From Fistulifera solaris (Eukaryota), in NCBI GenBank assembly GCA_030295235.1, contig AP026169.1, positions 620,001 to 684,000 of the forward strand: a stretch of DNA of 64,000 nucleotides, written 5' to 3'. The position numbers and the translations under genes were made by a program. Shown here in pieces: positions 1 to 11,534 of the stretch (within the stretch, counting starts at the first letter, position 1; each line of letters starts with the position of its first letter). Under the pieces are notes generated by a model that did no database searches, had not been told where the DNA came from, and worked only from the letters and a program-made list of their open reading frames with translations.

Positions 1-182
1 GTACCGGTACCGGTACCCTGGTACTCTTTCGGGTGAAGAGGCACCAGAAACCGTACAGGTACAAGGTACAGTACCGGTACGGTACCTGTACCTGTTAGGT
101 ACCTGTACCAGATCCTCTGCAGTACATCCGTTAGAGTTAGGGTCAGGGTAGTTGGTACGCCGAGCATCGTACCAGGTACAGT
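1..182. repeat. GTAC/GGTACC-rich low-complexity palindromic cluster with a short degenerate TTAGGG-like run
   Basis: gtaccggtaccggtacc, ggtacagtaccggtacggtacctgtacc, taccaggtacag; ttagag-ttaggg-tcaggg at 131-148. Confidence 0.7.
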
Positions 183-760
183 CATGGGACGTGAAGTTAC
201 GATACGCTTCAGATGTCGAGAGTCAAGATCCGCCATGATGTGGAAGAATGACGAGTTTGTCGTCTTCCCGCTTTCTGAGAATTCCTATGATGTCCTTTTG
301 CACTGCAAAAAGTGAAAGAAATGACATCATCACGGTCCTAAATCCTGTATTTTGTTGTAACTGTGGACGACCTTTTTAAACGACTTAAGGATTTCAGTCC
401 CGTCACTCGTCAACTAGAGCGTTTCTTACACTTTTTTGCGCCGTCTTGTGACATAGACAAGATGGTCGAAAGATCTCATTGCAGGATAACCAGACATCAA
501 AATAACAACATAGTCATTCTTTGTGACTAATCATCGGAATTTAAAAGTTGTAATTGATCTCCCTCCCTTTCACCACAGCCACGAGATTCATAAAGAATTC
601 TCGGACGTATGTTGTAAGGACTTTGTTGTTGGCATTGTATGTCGCTTGCGACAAAAACAGTGGGTTGTCATTTGAAGAGACGAACGAAAGCGTCCTCATT
701 TGGATGCATCGACGTCGTGTAAGTCTTATTGATTCAACAAGAATGAACAGGATGATTCAG

Positions 761-1476
761 TCAGTAACCAACGGTAACAGCCACACAAACAACAATCATA
801 TCCGTATTCGTATCGCCCATCGACTCTATAGCTTTTCCACTGTTCGCGATCATTCCACCGTCTTGAATTTGGACGCGTATGTGACCATAGGGGAAGGCTG
901 CTTTCACCGCGGAAAGATCCAAATCCGCCTGGTACTTGGAAGGAACAGCGACTAACACATCCAGTTTCATGGCATCTCGACCTCCCGGTATGATATCTCC
1001 AATACTAGGAATCTGATTGAATTCAATGGCGTTTCGACACGCTCTCACTAGGGGAATTATCGGAACGAAAGACGAGAGAGCAGCGATTTGTCGTGAACGT
1101 AAAAAGCTATGATTCAGTGTAAAAGACAATCCTCTTCAAAGCAAGATCCCTTCCCTACTTACCAGCTGCTTTGGTGGAATTTTGCCCATGGGCGTCGGCG
1201 CCGAAACCTGGCAGAAATAAAATATAGAAGGATGAGTGTTATTCAAGAAAAAAACAGCTTTTTGCTATCTTTCATCACTACTGACAAGAACGCACCACAT
1301 TCAACAAAGAGAATCTTTTCAACATGGGGATTTTCCGATAAAAATAGTCTCATTGTTGACGACCGGACGGAACATTTATCGGCTCGCAGTATTGAAAATG
1401 AAGGTCGTGCAACGAATCCCTGGACGGATGTTGTAGCAGCAAATAGAGCCACCAAAAAGAGTATGCAAGGATTCAT
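761..1476 (-). CDS. Lin0512-family protein, copy 1 (3 exons, bipartite plastid-type presequence)
   Basis: Exons ~1296-1476, ~1163-1207 and 761-~1047 with GT-AG introns. Spliced product MNPCILFLVALFAATTSVQG|FVARP...ILFVECGFGADAHGQNSTKAAVRACRNAIEFNQIP...FPYG...GGM...VAVTVGY matches the Lin0512 pattern (E.G.G.D.HGQ..TKAA.RA...AI). Confidence 0.8.
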
Positions 1477-1945
1477 GGAAAGAGAAAATGTAATAGGATG
1501 ATTCTTTTCTAGATGGTTGAAAGTTGAAATAGGGAGTAATAATACAGAGTACCGGTACTCCGTAATAAACAATGGCGGCGGCAGACATCCGACTGAACTG
1601 CATTTCAGTCACGAGACGAGAAAGCTTCCTTACTACTCCTTATTCATTAGCGAATAATCTACCTTTATTAGCACCAATTTTAGGTCAATGGTTGATACAC
1701 GAGGACACTTGAGCTCGAACGTCATTGGTGTACGGGCAGATGAAATTGCGTTTCGCCTACCAAAACCTCCGTTTGACAATTAATTGGAAAGTGACTCGAT
1801 GCTTGGTTAATAGTTACAGCATCATTAGATTTCTTTGAAGCAGGGAGCAAACGATGCTAGTACCAAATTCCTATAGCTAGAAGACCAGCGAGAATATGTC
1901 GCAGTCAGAGCAGTTTATTGCAGTAGTATGTATCGACACAGTTGA

Positions 1946-2637
1946 TTAATATCCGACAGTCACAGCGACGCAGACGATCACCATATCCGCATTTTTGTCT
2001 CCGAGCTCTTCGACGACACTACCACTGTTGGCTATCATCCCTCCGTCCTGGATCTGAATCCGCACTTCACCATAAGGGAATGCTGCTTTGATGGTAGAAA
2101 GATCCAACTGGCTCTGGTATTTTGGCGGGACGGCTAGCAAGACATCTAGTTTCAAGTTTTCCTTTCCACCGGGTATAATGCTTTTCAAACTAGGGAGCTG
2201 ATTGAATTCAATGGCGTTTCGGCACGCTCTGACTAGTGATTGTTTAATAACATCAAATTGAGACACTATTTCCTTTGATGCTTTTCATTTTACTTTGGAC
2301 TTACCCGCTGCTTTGGTCGAATCCTGGCCATGAGCATCCGACCCAAAGCCTGCGTCGCAAAGATGTAATCAGATGACAAATGAACAGAAAAGATCGACTC
2401 GATTAATTTTACTCAGATTGTTTACTCACCGCACTCGACAAAAGAATGTTTTGCACATGAGACTCTTCTGACAGAGTCTGCGCCGTAGAAGCCTTGCTGG
2501 TCTCCATAATAGAAAATGACGTCGTAGATATACTTGTAACTTTGATTCGTTTTCTATGCAACAAGAAAGGACTTGTTAATTGTCACAATTGTATGACAAC
2601 AATTAAAAATCGTTTGCGCCGCAAACAGATCCATCAT
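1946..2637 (-). CDS. Lin0512-family protein, copy 2 (tandem paralogue; 5' end uncertain)
   Basis: Same intron positions as copy 1. Exon 2 GFGSDAHGQDSTKAA, exon 3 VRACRNAIEFNQLPS...VCVAVTVGY. Exon 1 (LSEESHVQNILFVEC) needs one extra base in the A-run at ~2440. Start codon is tentative. Confidence 0.72.
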
Positions 2638-2668
2638 CGAGCGAAAAAAATAATCCTGTCCCTCAAAT

Positions 2669-2691
2669 TCATGACTGGATTTCAGTCTTGA
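2669..2691. promoter_or_regulatory. Hyphenated palindrome TCATGACTG-N5-CAGTCTTGA (representative copy of a recurrent upstream motif)
   Basis: tcatgactg gattt cagtcttga; near-identical copy at 4146-4168 with the reverse-complement spacer. Confidence 0.55.
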
Positions 2692-2951
2692 GAACTTCAT
2701 TTCATATTCTCTACTCTGGCTTCTTATCTTATCAAATTCACTTAATTAACGTATCCCGCCTTAGTACAAGTGGACTTTCCGACCGTCCTTTGCCTTGAAT
2801 GTATAAGGTTCCCTGATGTGTTAACTTTCTAGTGGCGGCTCACAATGAACTCGAATGCTTTTAATTCCGACCCTACGTTTACTGCGACAAGAACCCAAGT
2901 ATACATTGACAAGAATTGTACATCATTTATAAATTCGATGTCTGTTGCTAG

Positions 2952-3767
2952 CTACCACGAGTCCTCCGAAGAATCGTCATCGTCATTCACGTATATGGGC
3001 TGGAGGGTCGCTGTAAATCGCGCTCGGTTTCTGGTATCCAGCAGATTGGTTGCGGTCAAACGCAACATACTGGTTCCCGAACTTGCTTCAAACCACCGCT
3101 TCGTCGTTCGCGGTCGACTCCAGCACTCACCATTTGAATGACAGAATTGATTGCAGGAATGGTGATAAAAGAAGCTTTCGATCCCCTTTTCACCCAGGTC
3201 GGTTATGCCATAGTTCCGTCTACGGGAGCAGATGGCTACATCCGTCAGTTCAAAACGGGACGTCTTTCCCGTGAACCTATCAAAGCGATAGCGACCTTGC
3301 AGGTCACAGACAATCATTTGTCCTCCGGAGCGATGATAAGTGAAATGGGAAAAGGCTTCCATTGCCAGTACGCCCCAGCCTACATCATCTTCGTCGGCAA
3401 TCCAGCCATTATTCGAAGTATACTTTCGAAAATAACGAATCAAAGGCTCGACTAAAAACTTCTTTCCACCAAGATTATGAAGACTTCCGTGCGTAATGAG
3501 AATTTCTTTCCCATAATCACACCACCGGTTCCAATCCTCCGCGAATTGGATGGCCTTGGCCGCCACCTGAAAATCCGTCGCGTAAAATTCGGTTTCAAGT
3601 GCCGAATAATGATCCTTGAAGATTTTGCACACGCATTCTTGTTGATTCCGATTGCCTCCGATATAGGTCCCCGCGTACGCGAGACGAAATTGACCTTCTC
3701 CTACAATTTGACGATGTACGTTTGCGCGGTCGCTGTCGAGATTGGTGCGGGCGGCCGATGAGTACAT
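2952..3767 (-). CDS. Stand-alone alpha-type protein kinase (eEF2K/MHCK catalytic family)
   Basis: GEGQFRLAYAG, VEPLI..FRKYTSNNG, AFSHFTYHRSGGQMIVCDLQG, LTDVAI, TDLGEKGIESFFYHHSCNQFC; ATG at 3767. Confidence 0.9.
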   Translation of the reverse strand: MYSSAARTNLDSDRANVHRQIVGEGQFRLAYAGTYIGGNRNQQECVCKIFKDHYSALETEFYATDFQVAAKAIQFAEDWNRWCDYGKEILITHGSLHNLGGKKFLVEPLIRYFRKYTSNNGWIADEDDVGWGVLAMEAFSHFTYHRSGGQMIVCDLQGRYRFDRFTGKTSRFELTDVAICSRRRNYGITDLGEKGIESFFYHHSCNQFCHSNGECWSRPRTTKRWFEASSGTSMLRLTATNLLDTRNRARFTATLQPIYVNDDDDSSEDSW

Positions 3768-4351
3768 GATAGTATTCTTTGTGCGCTGAGAATCCCAAAA
3801 GCGTCTTTGATGGAGATGCGAACGATAACTACTAAACGTTGCGCATCCCTGCAAAATCCCTGCAAAATGGCATCTTCAACAGAAACGATAAAGGCGCAAA
3901 AAAATCGCGACGACAAGAACCGTTGCGTCTCATGACTTATTTCCAGTCTTGCCGAAAAGCGGCGAACACTTTGGGCCTATAGTAAAACAAAACGGGAACG
4001 ATCCGACCGAAATTTTGACGTCAATGGTCGGATGGATCATGGCTCGTATACCATATCATACACTCTATCCAATTGATGCAGTGTCCACGTGTTTACGAGG
4101 CAGCATTCACAATCGCAAATAATGTGAAATCAGAAAGCGTTTGTCTCATGACTGAAATCCAGTCTTGATAAAATTCGACGTCCTTACGCCAGCGAGCATG
4201 CTTTGCTCGATTTTCTTATGCAGCGAAAAATAATAACTTCTCGCATTCCACCATGGTGTGATGTGAAGTTGACGCGTCCTGCAATCAACTCCTTTTGAAT
4301 CCTTACTTGGATAATCTTTTTTCTGTCTTTACCATATCACAGTATTCCTTT

Positions 4352-5091
4352 ATGAATCCTTCAATTTCTTCCAGAATTCTTTCACGAAATGTATGGAAAG
4401 CTGCGACATTCCGCACCTTGGCCTCGTCGGACGGATGGCACGGGACGACGATTCTTTGCGTCAAAAAGGATGGAAAAATCTGCATGATGGGTGATGGTAT
4501 GGTGAGCCAAGGTAACATGATTGTCAAACCGAATGCTGTCAAGATTCGCAGAATTCCGGATAAAGCAGACGCCACGAGCAAAGTCACTCCGACGCTGGTG
4601 GGGTTCGCCGGCGCGACGGCGGATGCTTTCACTCTCTTGGAGCGCTTGCAAGGAAAGCTAGACGAATACCCTGGTCAGCTACAACGAGCGGCTGTAGAAG
4701 TAGCCAAGGGTTGGAGAACAGACAAGTATCTCCGAAGATTAGAAGCGTCGTTGCTGGTGGCGGATGCCAAGGGAGTTTACGAAATGACGGGGAATGGCGA
4801 TGTCTTGGGCAGTCATGACGGAGTTGCTGGAGTTGGCAGTGGGAGCCCTTTGCTATTGGTAAGTTCTGGGATCTTGTTTATCAATACACCGAGACAGACG
4901 CGATCCTCATTTATTTGTGTAATTTACAACCGACAGCCGCGGCACGTGCCTTGATGGATTCAGACCTCTCCGCGGAAGAAGTGGCTCGAAAAGCAATGAA
5001 CGTGGCTGCCGACATGTGTGTTTATACAAATCATCAATTTCTTGTTGAGGTAATAGACGCCAAAGAACCTACGGAGGAAGGAGAATCATAA
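4352..5091 (+). CDS. hslV: HslV (ClpQ) threonine protease subunit, probably mitochondrial
   Basis: N-terminal extension then [51 protein letters not shown]. Intron ~4859-4936; last exon AARALMD...AADMCVYTN to TAA at 5091. One base missing in a run at ~4850. Confidence 0.92.
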
Positions 5092-6246
5092 GAACGGGCC
5101 TGTGTCTCTTTCTAGAAAGGATGGTTTTTCCTAAAGATACTATTATCAAAGCTGCGTATCCGGATGATTTCGTAAAGCTATGATTTATAGACTCCGACTA
5201 GCTGAAATACAAAAGTTCCGACTATTCAAACGTCCATTGACTAGGGACGACTCGCATTTAATGCTTGCTCTCTCCATGTATTAGTCATTCTGAAGTTCAT
5301 TTTGCACGCCATCGCACACGTAAACACTCTCTAGAACAAGATCGTCATGCTTCGTACGTAATGTGATCAAATACGTGCTCTGATGCTGCAACGTTTGACG
5401 TTCTTTCTTACACTACGTGATCAACTTTGTGACTCAAAGTTGCAGATGATGCGCGTGACGTCGATTTTCTTGCGGGAATACGAAAAAATTTCATACATTA
5501 TTGCAGAGTAAATTCGTTGAACTTGAAGCTATCCACGGCTTACCCGGTTCAAGATGAATACGAATGTACATTAAGTCTTCTTTTCGGTCTTGTTTCTTGT
5601 TTACATATACTACTTATCCATTTTTTAAATGTTCTGTGCGATTGCTTGACGCATGACCGCATGACGCATGACTTCTTAACGAATAACGAAGAGACTACGA
5701 GCGTCTTCATCTCATCTGTCGTCTCCATCTTCCCCGCTATCATGATATGATTGTCAAACCCACATTACTATGGAAGAAGGCAAACGACATCATTAACATC
5801 AGCATCCTAAACTAAGATGTCGCGATACAGCTTCGTACTGCCAATCGGCCACGTCCTTTATGCCCTTTAATAACGCTAAGTGTCAAGTGCCTTCCTGCAC
5901 AGAGTCCTGCGTTCACTCGAGCTACCGTAGTACGTAGTATAAGGAGACAGGAAACATGATCGTCTAACGTTACAACAATGTACAAGTGTGACAGAAGCAA
6001 GATATTCGACTCAAACCTTCTTGTCGGTACAAAATCCACATGATTCTACGCACAGGTGGCATGGCAAATCCATGTTTAGATTCCCTTCCGTAGAAACACT
6101 ACCGAGACACTTGGCTCGTAAATTCCGAGCGACATGTTCGCCTTTCTCAAAGTTTGCTACCGATCTCATTAATTTGCACGAGAAAGCTTGCCGCATATCT
6201 TTTCCATCTAATGTTTTTCGAAGAGTTTCACGAGCCTCACGACATC

Positions 6247-7388
6247 ATGCCGAGACCTTTACTCCGTAACAAGAAGAAGGAAATCGAAGAAAATGCAGAT
6301 TTGCAGACCTTCCCGATTGCCGACCTAACGTGTCATGATATCATGTTGGGCAGAGGAAATGCGGTCGCGCACAGTGAGGGCAACGTCTGCTATCGAGCCA
6401 TTATCTGGCAGTACCGGGAGATCTATGTTGCTTCTGCACGCGACAAAAAACAAGAGATTGCGCAGCAAGTGATCGACCAAGTGTATGCGCTGGATCCTCC
6501 GGGGCGATTCCTCGAGTACATATCGGACGATATGTGTCGAGAAGTTCCCCATGCTCGTATCCTCGAGAAATGCTGCCAATCGTTGCGAGAAAAGAAGTAC
6601 AAGAAAGTTCCCAACATTGATCTTCCTTTGCTCGGCAAGCAGTCCTCGACCAGCGGTACCTTGTCGAAGACGACGAGATGTGCCTCCCGCAAGAAGAAAA
6701 TCTCTCCGCGAAAGGCCAAGACCGTCGCATCATCAATCCAGCAGACCACAAAGCACGAGTTCAAGTTGACAAAAAGCAAGATTGGAAAACGACCCACCAC
6801 GCGAAAGTCAGGAGCCGAAGCGCCGGAGTCCGACGTTCAGCAAACGAACATGAAAGATTCAAACAGCCCCGACCGTGAGGAAGAGCAAGCTGCGACCGAA
6901 ACCAAGATGGATATCGGAGAGAAGACTCCTATTTGTGACAATAGGAGCTTCATCAACGCCAAAAAACTTCTTTTGGGCAAAAGGTTCAACCATCTACGAC
7001 GGAGGCGACAACGGCGAAGCCTCCCCCTTTGGAACAGCCTGCCGGTATGGAAAACACCAAACAACTTGCTGAAAGCGTGGAAGAGTCCGAAAACGAAGTC
7101 TTCGATGGCATGTTCAACATGTTGCCACTATCTCTTGTGGAGTTTTACACCACATCCGCTGGCGATGACCGCATCACGCGCGAAAAGACACGTGAAGAAA
7201 GCATCGAGTCACCCACCACCGTCATGGACGATTTTGGTTTCCTCCCACCGCTTCCTTTGCAGATGGCGAATTCGCTGTACCTCGAAGGTGAGACCAAGTG
7301 GGTCAACCCCGCGGATAATGTCACGGCCAACGTCGTGGCCGCGTGGACGGAGTTCGCCACTAACGGCGGTTTCGCCCGATACAGCTGA
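6247..7388 (+). CDS. DUF6824-domain protein (diatom-expanded family) with low-complexity tail
   Basis: DIMLGRGNAVAHSEGNVCYR...KKQEIAQQVI...PPGRFLE...EKCCQSLREK. A frameshift near the A-run at ~6961 links to the 7029-7388 frame. Confidence 0.75.
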
Positions 7389-7991
7389 GCATTCTCGGCA
7401 ATTTTGGTTTCATAGAAACGTAGAAAATTATTAGTAGTGTTGATTGTTTGGATTCATGTTCTTCAGCGTTGTTATCTACATTTGACTTAGTGTTCCAATC
7501 CATTCACATCGTCTTCACCGCAGCGTTCTTCGAAAAAGCGCACCAAAACGACGCAACTGTCTCTCTCATAAGTCGAAATCACAAAGCCGTCCGTTGTCAC
7601 CCGTTCTTGCTAGGAGTATAGTCCAAAGTGTTGGTCGTTTTTTTGCCAAGACTGCGTTTCAGTCATGAATAAATATTGTGTTGAGTCAACCTGCTACGCA
7701 ACGACCGTTTTTTCGTCAGCGTTGTGAAATACAATTTGACTTTATTTCAATTCAAATCTTCTGCAGCATTTGCCTATGCGCATAACAAACGAGAAATTCG
7801 ACAAAGCCGTTGATTTCCGGAGATCACGACTGCAGCTCTGTCACGAGTTGTGAGGGAGCATGATCTCCATAGTCTTGCTTTCACCCGTCTCCCTTCAAAC
7901 CAAAGCGCATTGACAAAAAGTTAAAAAATAATCGAGGTCTTTTTCTTGTTTTCATCATTTCCCTGACTCTTTTCATTTGCATTGCAACAAC

Positions 7992-10069
7992 ATGTCCAAG
8001 AATTTAGTGAAAACAGAGCTCCCGCTCCCATTCAAATATCTGCCGAGCAATTACTGCGCGAAGCCGCGGATCGACAGCCCGAGTCCGCTCCCATTGAACC
8101 GGTCGTCAAAGTCCACGACGCGGAAGAATATCAGGCTCATTTGCGAGAACGTCGTCAGCATTACGAAGACAACATTCGATACAGAAGAGACGATATTGCC
8201 AATTGGATCAAGTATGCCAAATTTGAAGAAGAAAATCAAGAATTGGAACGCGCGCGGAGTGTTTTTGAGCGGGCTTTGGAAGTCGTCTCGAGTCGTTCGC
8301 CCGATTTATGGTTGCGTTATGTTGAACTAGAGTTACGCAATGAATGCATCAATCATGCTCGTAACATTCTGGATCGTGCCGTGCAGTTGTTACCGCGCGT
8401 CGATCGTCTCTGGTACAAGTATGCCTACGTCGAAGAAATGGTGCAAGACATTCCCAAGTGCCGTGCCGTTTTCGAACGATGGATGCAGTGGTTACCGGAC
8501 GATAATGCGTGGCTCTCCTTTGCTCGCTTTGAGACTCGGTGCGGGAATGTCGTACAAGCCGAAAAGGTACTTCGTCAATACGTCAATGCGTATCCGAGTG
8601 CTCGTGCGTTTTTACGCTTTGCCAAATGGGCCGAATTTGAAATCAACAACATTGCGCTGGCTCGAACCATATACGAGTCGGCCTTGACCGAATTAGAACC
8701 CGAAGAAGTACAACAGGCACGGTTATTTCGGCAATTTGCATCGTTCGAAGAGCGGCAGGGAGAATACGAACGCGCGCGTGTCATTTACAATCACGCTCTC
8801 AAGCTATTGAATTTGGAGCAAACTGCCATGATAGATGAAGACATTTCGGAACAGGAACGGCAAAAACGAGAGGAGCTATACAAAGCATATTTGGCGTTTG
8901 AAAAGAAGCACGGTAATCGTGAGGGGATAGAAAGAGTACTGGTGACGCAACGTCGGGTCAAATATCAGAAACAGCTGGAAGACAATCCGTACGACTATGA
9001 CTGCTGGTTTGACTGGATCAAGCTAGAAGAGTCTCAATTAGACAACGCAGCGGCAACACGCGATGTTTATGAAAAAGCTGTGGCACAAGTCCCCCCGTCA
9101 TCGGACAACAAAGATCATTGGCGGCGGTATATTTACTTGTGGATCTTTTATGCCGTTTACGAAGAACTCGCCAATCATGATTTAGATCGAGCAGCCGAAG
9201 TCTATCAAACCTGTTTGTCGCTCATTCCTCACAAAAACTTTAGTTTTGCGAAAATTTGGATTTACGCCGCACAGCTCCAAATTCGGCGTAAAGATGTCAC
9301 ATCCGCTCGTAAATTGTTTGGCAAGGCCATTGGTTTGTGTGGTAAAGAAAAGATTTTCACCGAGTACATCGCCTTGGAACTCGCTCTTGGTGAAATCGAC
9401 CGATGCCGATCCATATACAACAGCTACCTGAAAGCTATGCCTCACAATTGTAAAGCTTGGTCCAATTTCGCTGAATTGGAGAAATCGGTAGGCGAGACAG
9501 AGCGATGTAGAGCATTGTTTGAATTGGCTATCTCACAGCCGGCACTGGATATGCCAGAGGTCTTATGGAAAGCATATATCGATTTTGAAATCGAAGAAGG
9601 TGAAGGAAAACGAGCTCGGGCACTCTATCAAAGGCTTTTGGAAAAGACGAATCATGTCAAGGTATGGATATCATGGGCGCAATTTGAAGCCACCCCCGTT
9701 GGATTGGGTATGGACGAATCACGTACCATTATGGAAAAAGCGGACGATCAATTACGGAAAGAGCAGCTTTCGGAAGAACGCGTCTTGTTGCTCGATGCGT
9801 GGCGCGTATTGGAGCAAGAACACGGCGATGTTGACAGTGTCAGCAAAGTGGAAGCGAAGATGCCTCGTAGGATCAAACGCAAGCGAATGCGACAAGGCGA
9901 GCAAGGCAATGATCTGGGATGGGAAGAGTATTTCGACTACCAGTTTCCCGACGACGAAGGTGCAGGTGCTAACAATTTCAAGATTCTTGAAATGGCGGCC
10001 AAATGGAAAGCTGCCAAGGCTAATGCAGCGGACGATGATGATTCGGATCTTGACAGTGATGATGAATGA
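7992..10069 (+). CDS. CRNKL1: Crooked neck / Clf1 / Syf3 HAT-repeat splicing factor
   Basis: (MSKNLVK)NRAPAPIQISAEQLLREA, WIKYAKFEE, multiple HAT repeats, MPRRIKRKR, WEEYFDYQFPDDE. The ATG at 7992 needs a 1-nt correction in the A-run at ~8010. Confidence 0.95.
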
Positions 10070-10271
10070 ATAATCGTGAGTTAATGCTGATTATAACGGA
10101 AAAATCACTGCCATGGCTATGTTTGGCCAGTGCCATTAACAAGAAAACACGAACTCTTCGCATCAAACGACCGGTTAACATAAGACACGTATGATATAAA
10201 ATTGCGGCCTAAATTCTACGATCTGTGATTAACAGTCGCTTTCCTCTTCTATCAAAATAGTGTACATCATT

Positions 10272-10979
10272 TTAGGGCTTCAATTCTGAATCCCATTCAT
10301 TGCAATTCAAAGAATAACTCAAAACGGCTTCCAATTGAGCCCGTTGACTATCTTGCGTCGAAAAAATCTGCGAGACTTCTCTCAAAACTTCCGGATCATG
10401 GATACCGCAGTATCTTTGGACCGATTGTTGCTCTAAAACGTATCGTGTGTAACGCTGATTGCGTAATTTTCGCATCAAAGCGTTCCCTTTCGGTAGTTGT
10501 TGCTCTAAACCTAATGTACAGTGTTCTTCCGCATCCAGCAAGCGCATATTCCCACCAACGCTCCTCCACTTTGTCAAAACAGACTGCAGTTCTGTCACAA
10601 AATTCTGATAATCTTTGGGCCAATACCACGACTCCATAATTTCCTCACGCGTCGGTTCCGTTTGGGGTTGAATGGTGGCAATTTGAGGCGCGAAGCGGAC
10701 TCGCTTGGTTCTTCCGTTACGCTGTTTGCTCCGCCTATGTTTCGCATCTACAGGCACTGTATGTACGCGTGATTTGTAAGACCATTGTCGACGCGTGGAT
10801 AAGTCCAGTTTTCGAAGGGAAAAGCAAGGATGCGTAATTCGTGGGATTGAATGTGTCTTGTCAAGAAATGGCGGGGGTTCAGGAAATGTTAACGTATTTT
10901 GTTGCAGCGGTCGCGTACGAAGAGGCTGCGTATCGCTCATAGACGAGATAGATTGATTGCTTTCGAGAAAGGAGTTCAT
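10272..10979 (-). CDS. Diatom-type hypothetical protein
   Basis: 235-aa ORF with KRVRF...WY...GLE...VLEQQ..QR...DPE.L pattern that I recall from diatom hypothetical families. Confidence 0.6.
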   Translation of the reverse strand: MNSFLESNQSISSMSDTQPLRTRPLQQNTLTFPEPPPFLDKTHSIPRITHPCFSLRKLDLSTRRQWSYKSRVHTVPVDAKHRRSKQRNGRTKRVRFAPQIATIQPQTEPTREEIMESWYWPKDYQNFVTELQSVLTKWRSVGGNMRLLDAEEHCTLGLEQQLPKGNALMRKLRNQRYTRYVLEQQSVQRYCGIHDPEVLREVSQIFSTQDSQRAQLEAVLSYSLNCNEWDSELKP

Positions 10980-11534
10980 GGTGAATGGCTCTTTGACTGG
11001 TTTGTGAAAAGTGTTCGTGCAATCGTATGGTCGACTCCAACCCGTTGGGTAAAAATGAGAGCCGCGAAAACGGTCGAGTGAGTTTTTGGGGAGAAACTCG
11101 CCAAACCTGTCTATGCACTGTGACTCGTTTAACGGATGTTTTACTTAGGACAAGGATAAACAGTGGAATCCTTGTCAGTTATGATTTATATTGGGAATAT
11201 TCTGCTTAACGTTGCATGCAGGACAGGGCGTAGTTTCAGGTCCTGGTCCAGAACAGCTGGCTTAAATCTTATGGAGGTCTTTCCATGATGTAACATTGTT
11301 CTCCTACTTCCTTTTCTATACCTCCCCACCGTTTCTCTGACAGTTTGTACTATGTAAGAAAAGGCATCTTGACTTCTTTACGCGCATCTGCCACATAAAA
11401 AGAGACAGTGTGACTAACATAATTAGAAGGGCTTTTGTGTTTCCTTTATTCTCTGGATTTGAATTTCGGAACAGTTCCCTACAAAGTACACTTGATAACG
11501 CCCGACGAAAAACTAGGGACATCTTGTTCTTGCG

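Noticed and set aside
131..148. TTAGGG-like hexamers here and at ~32147 as telomere or interstitial telomere
   Set aside because: Only two to three degenerate units; too short to support.
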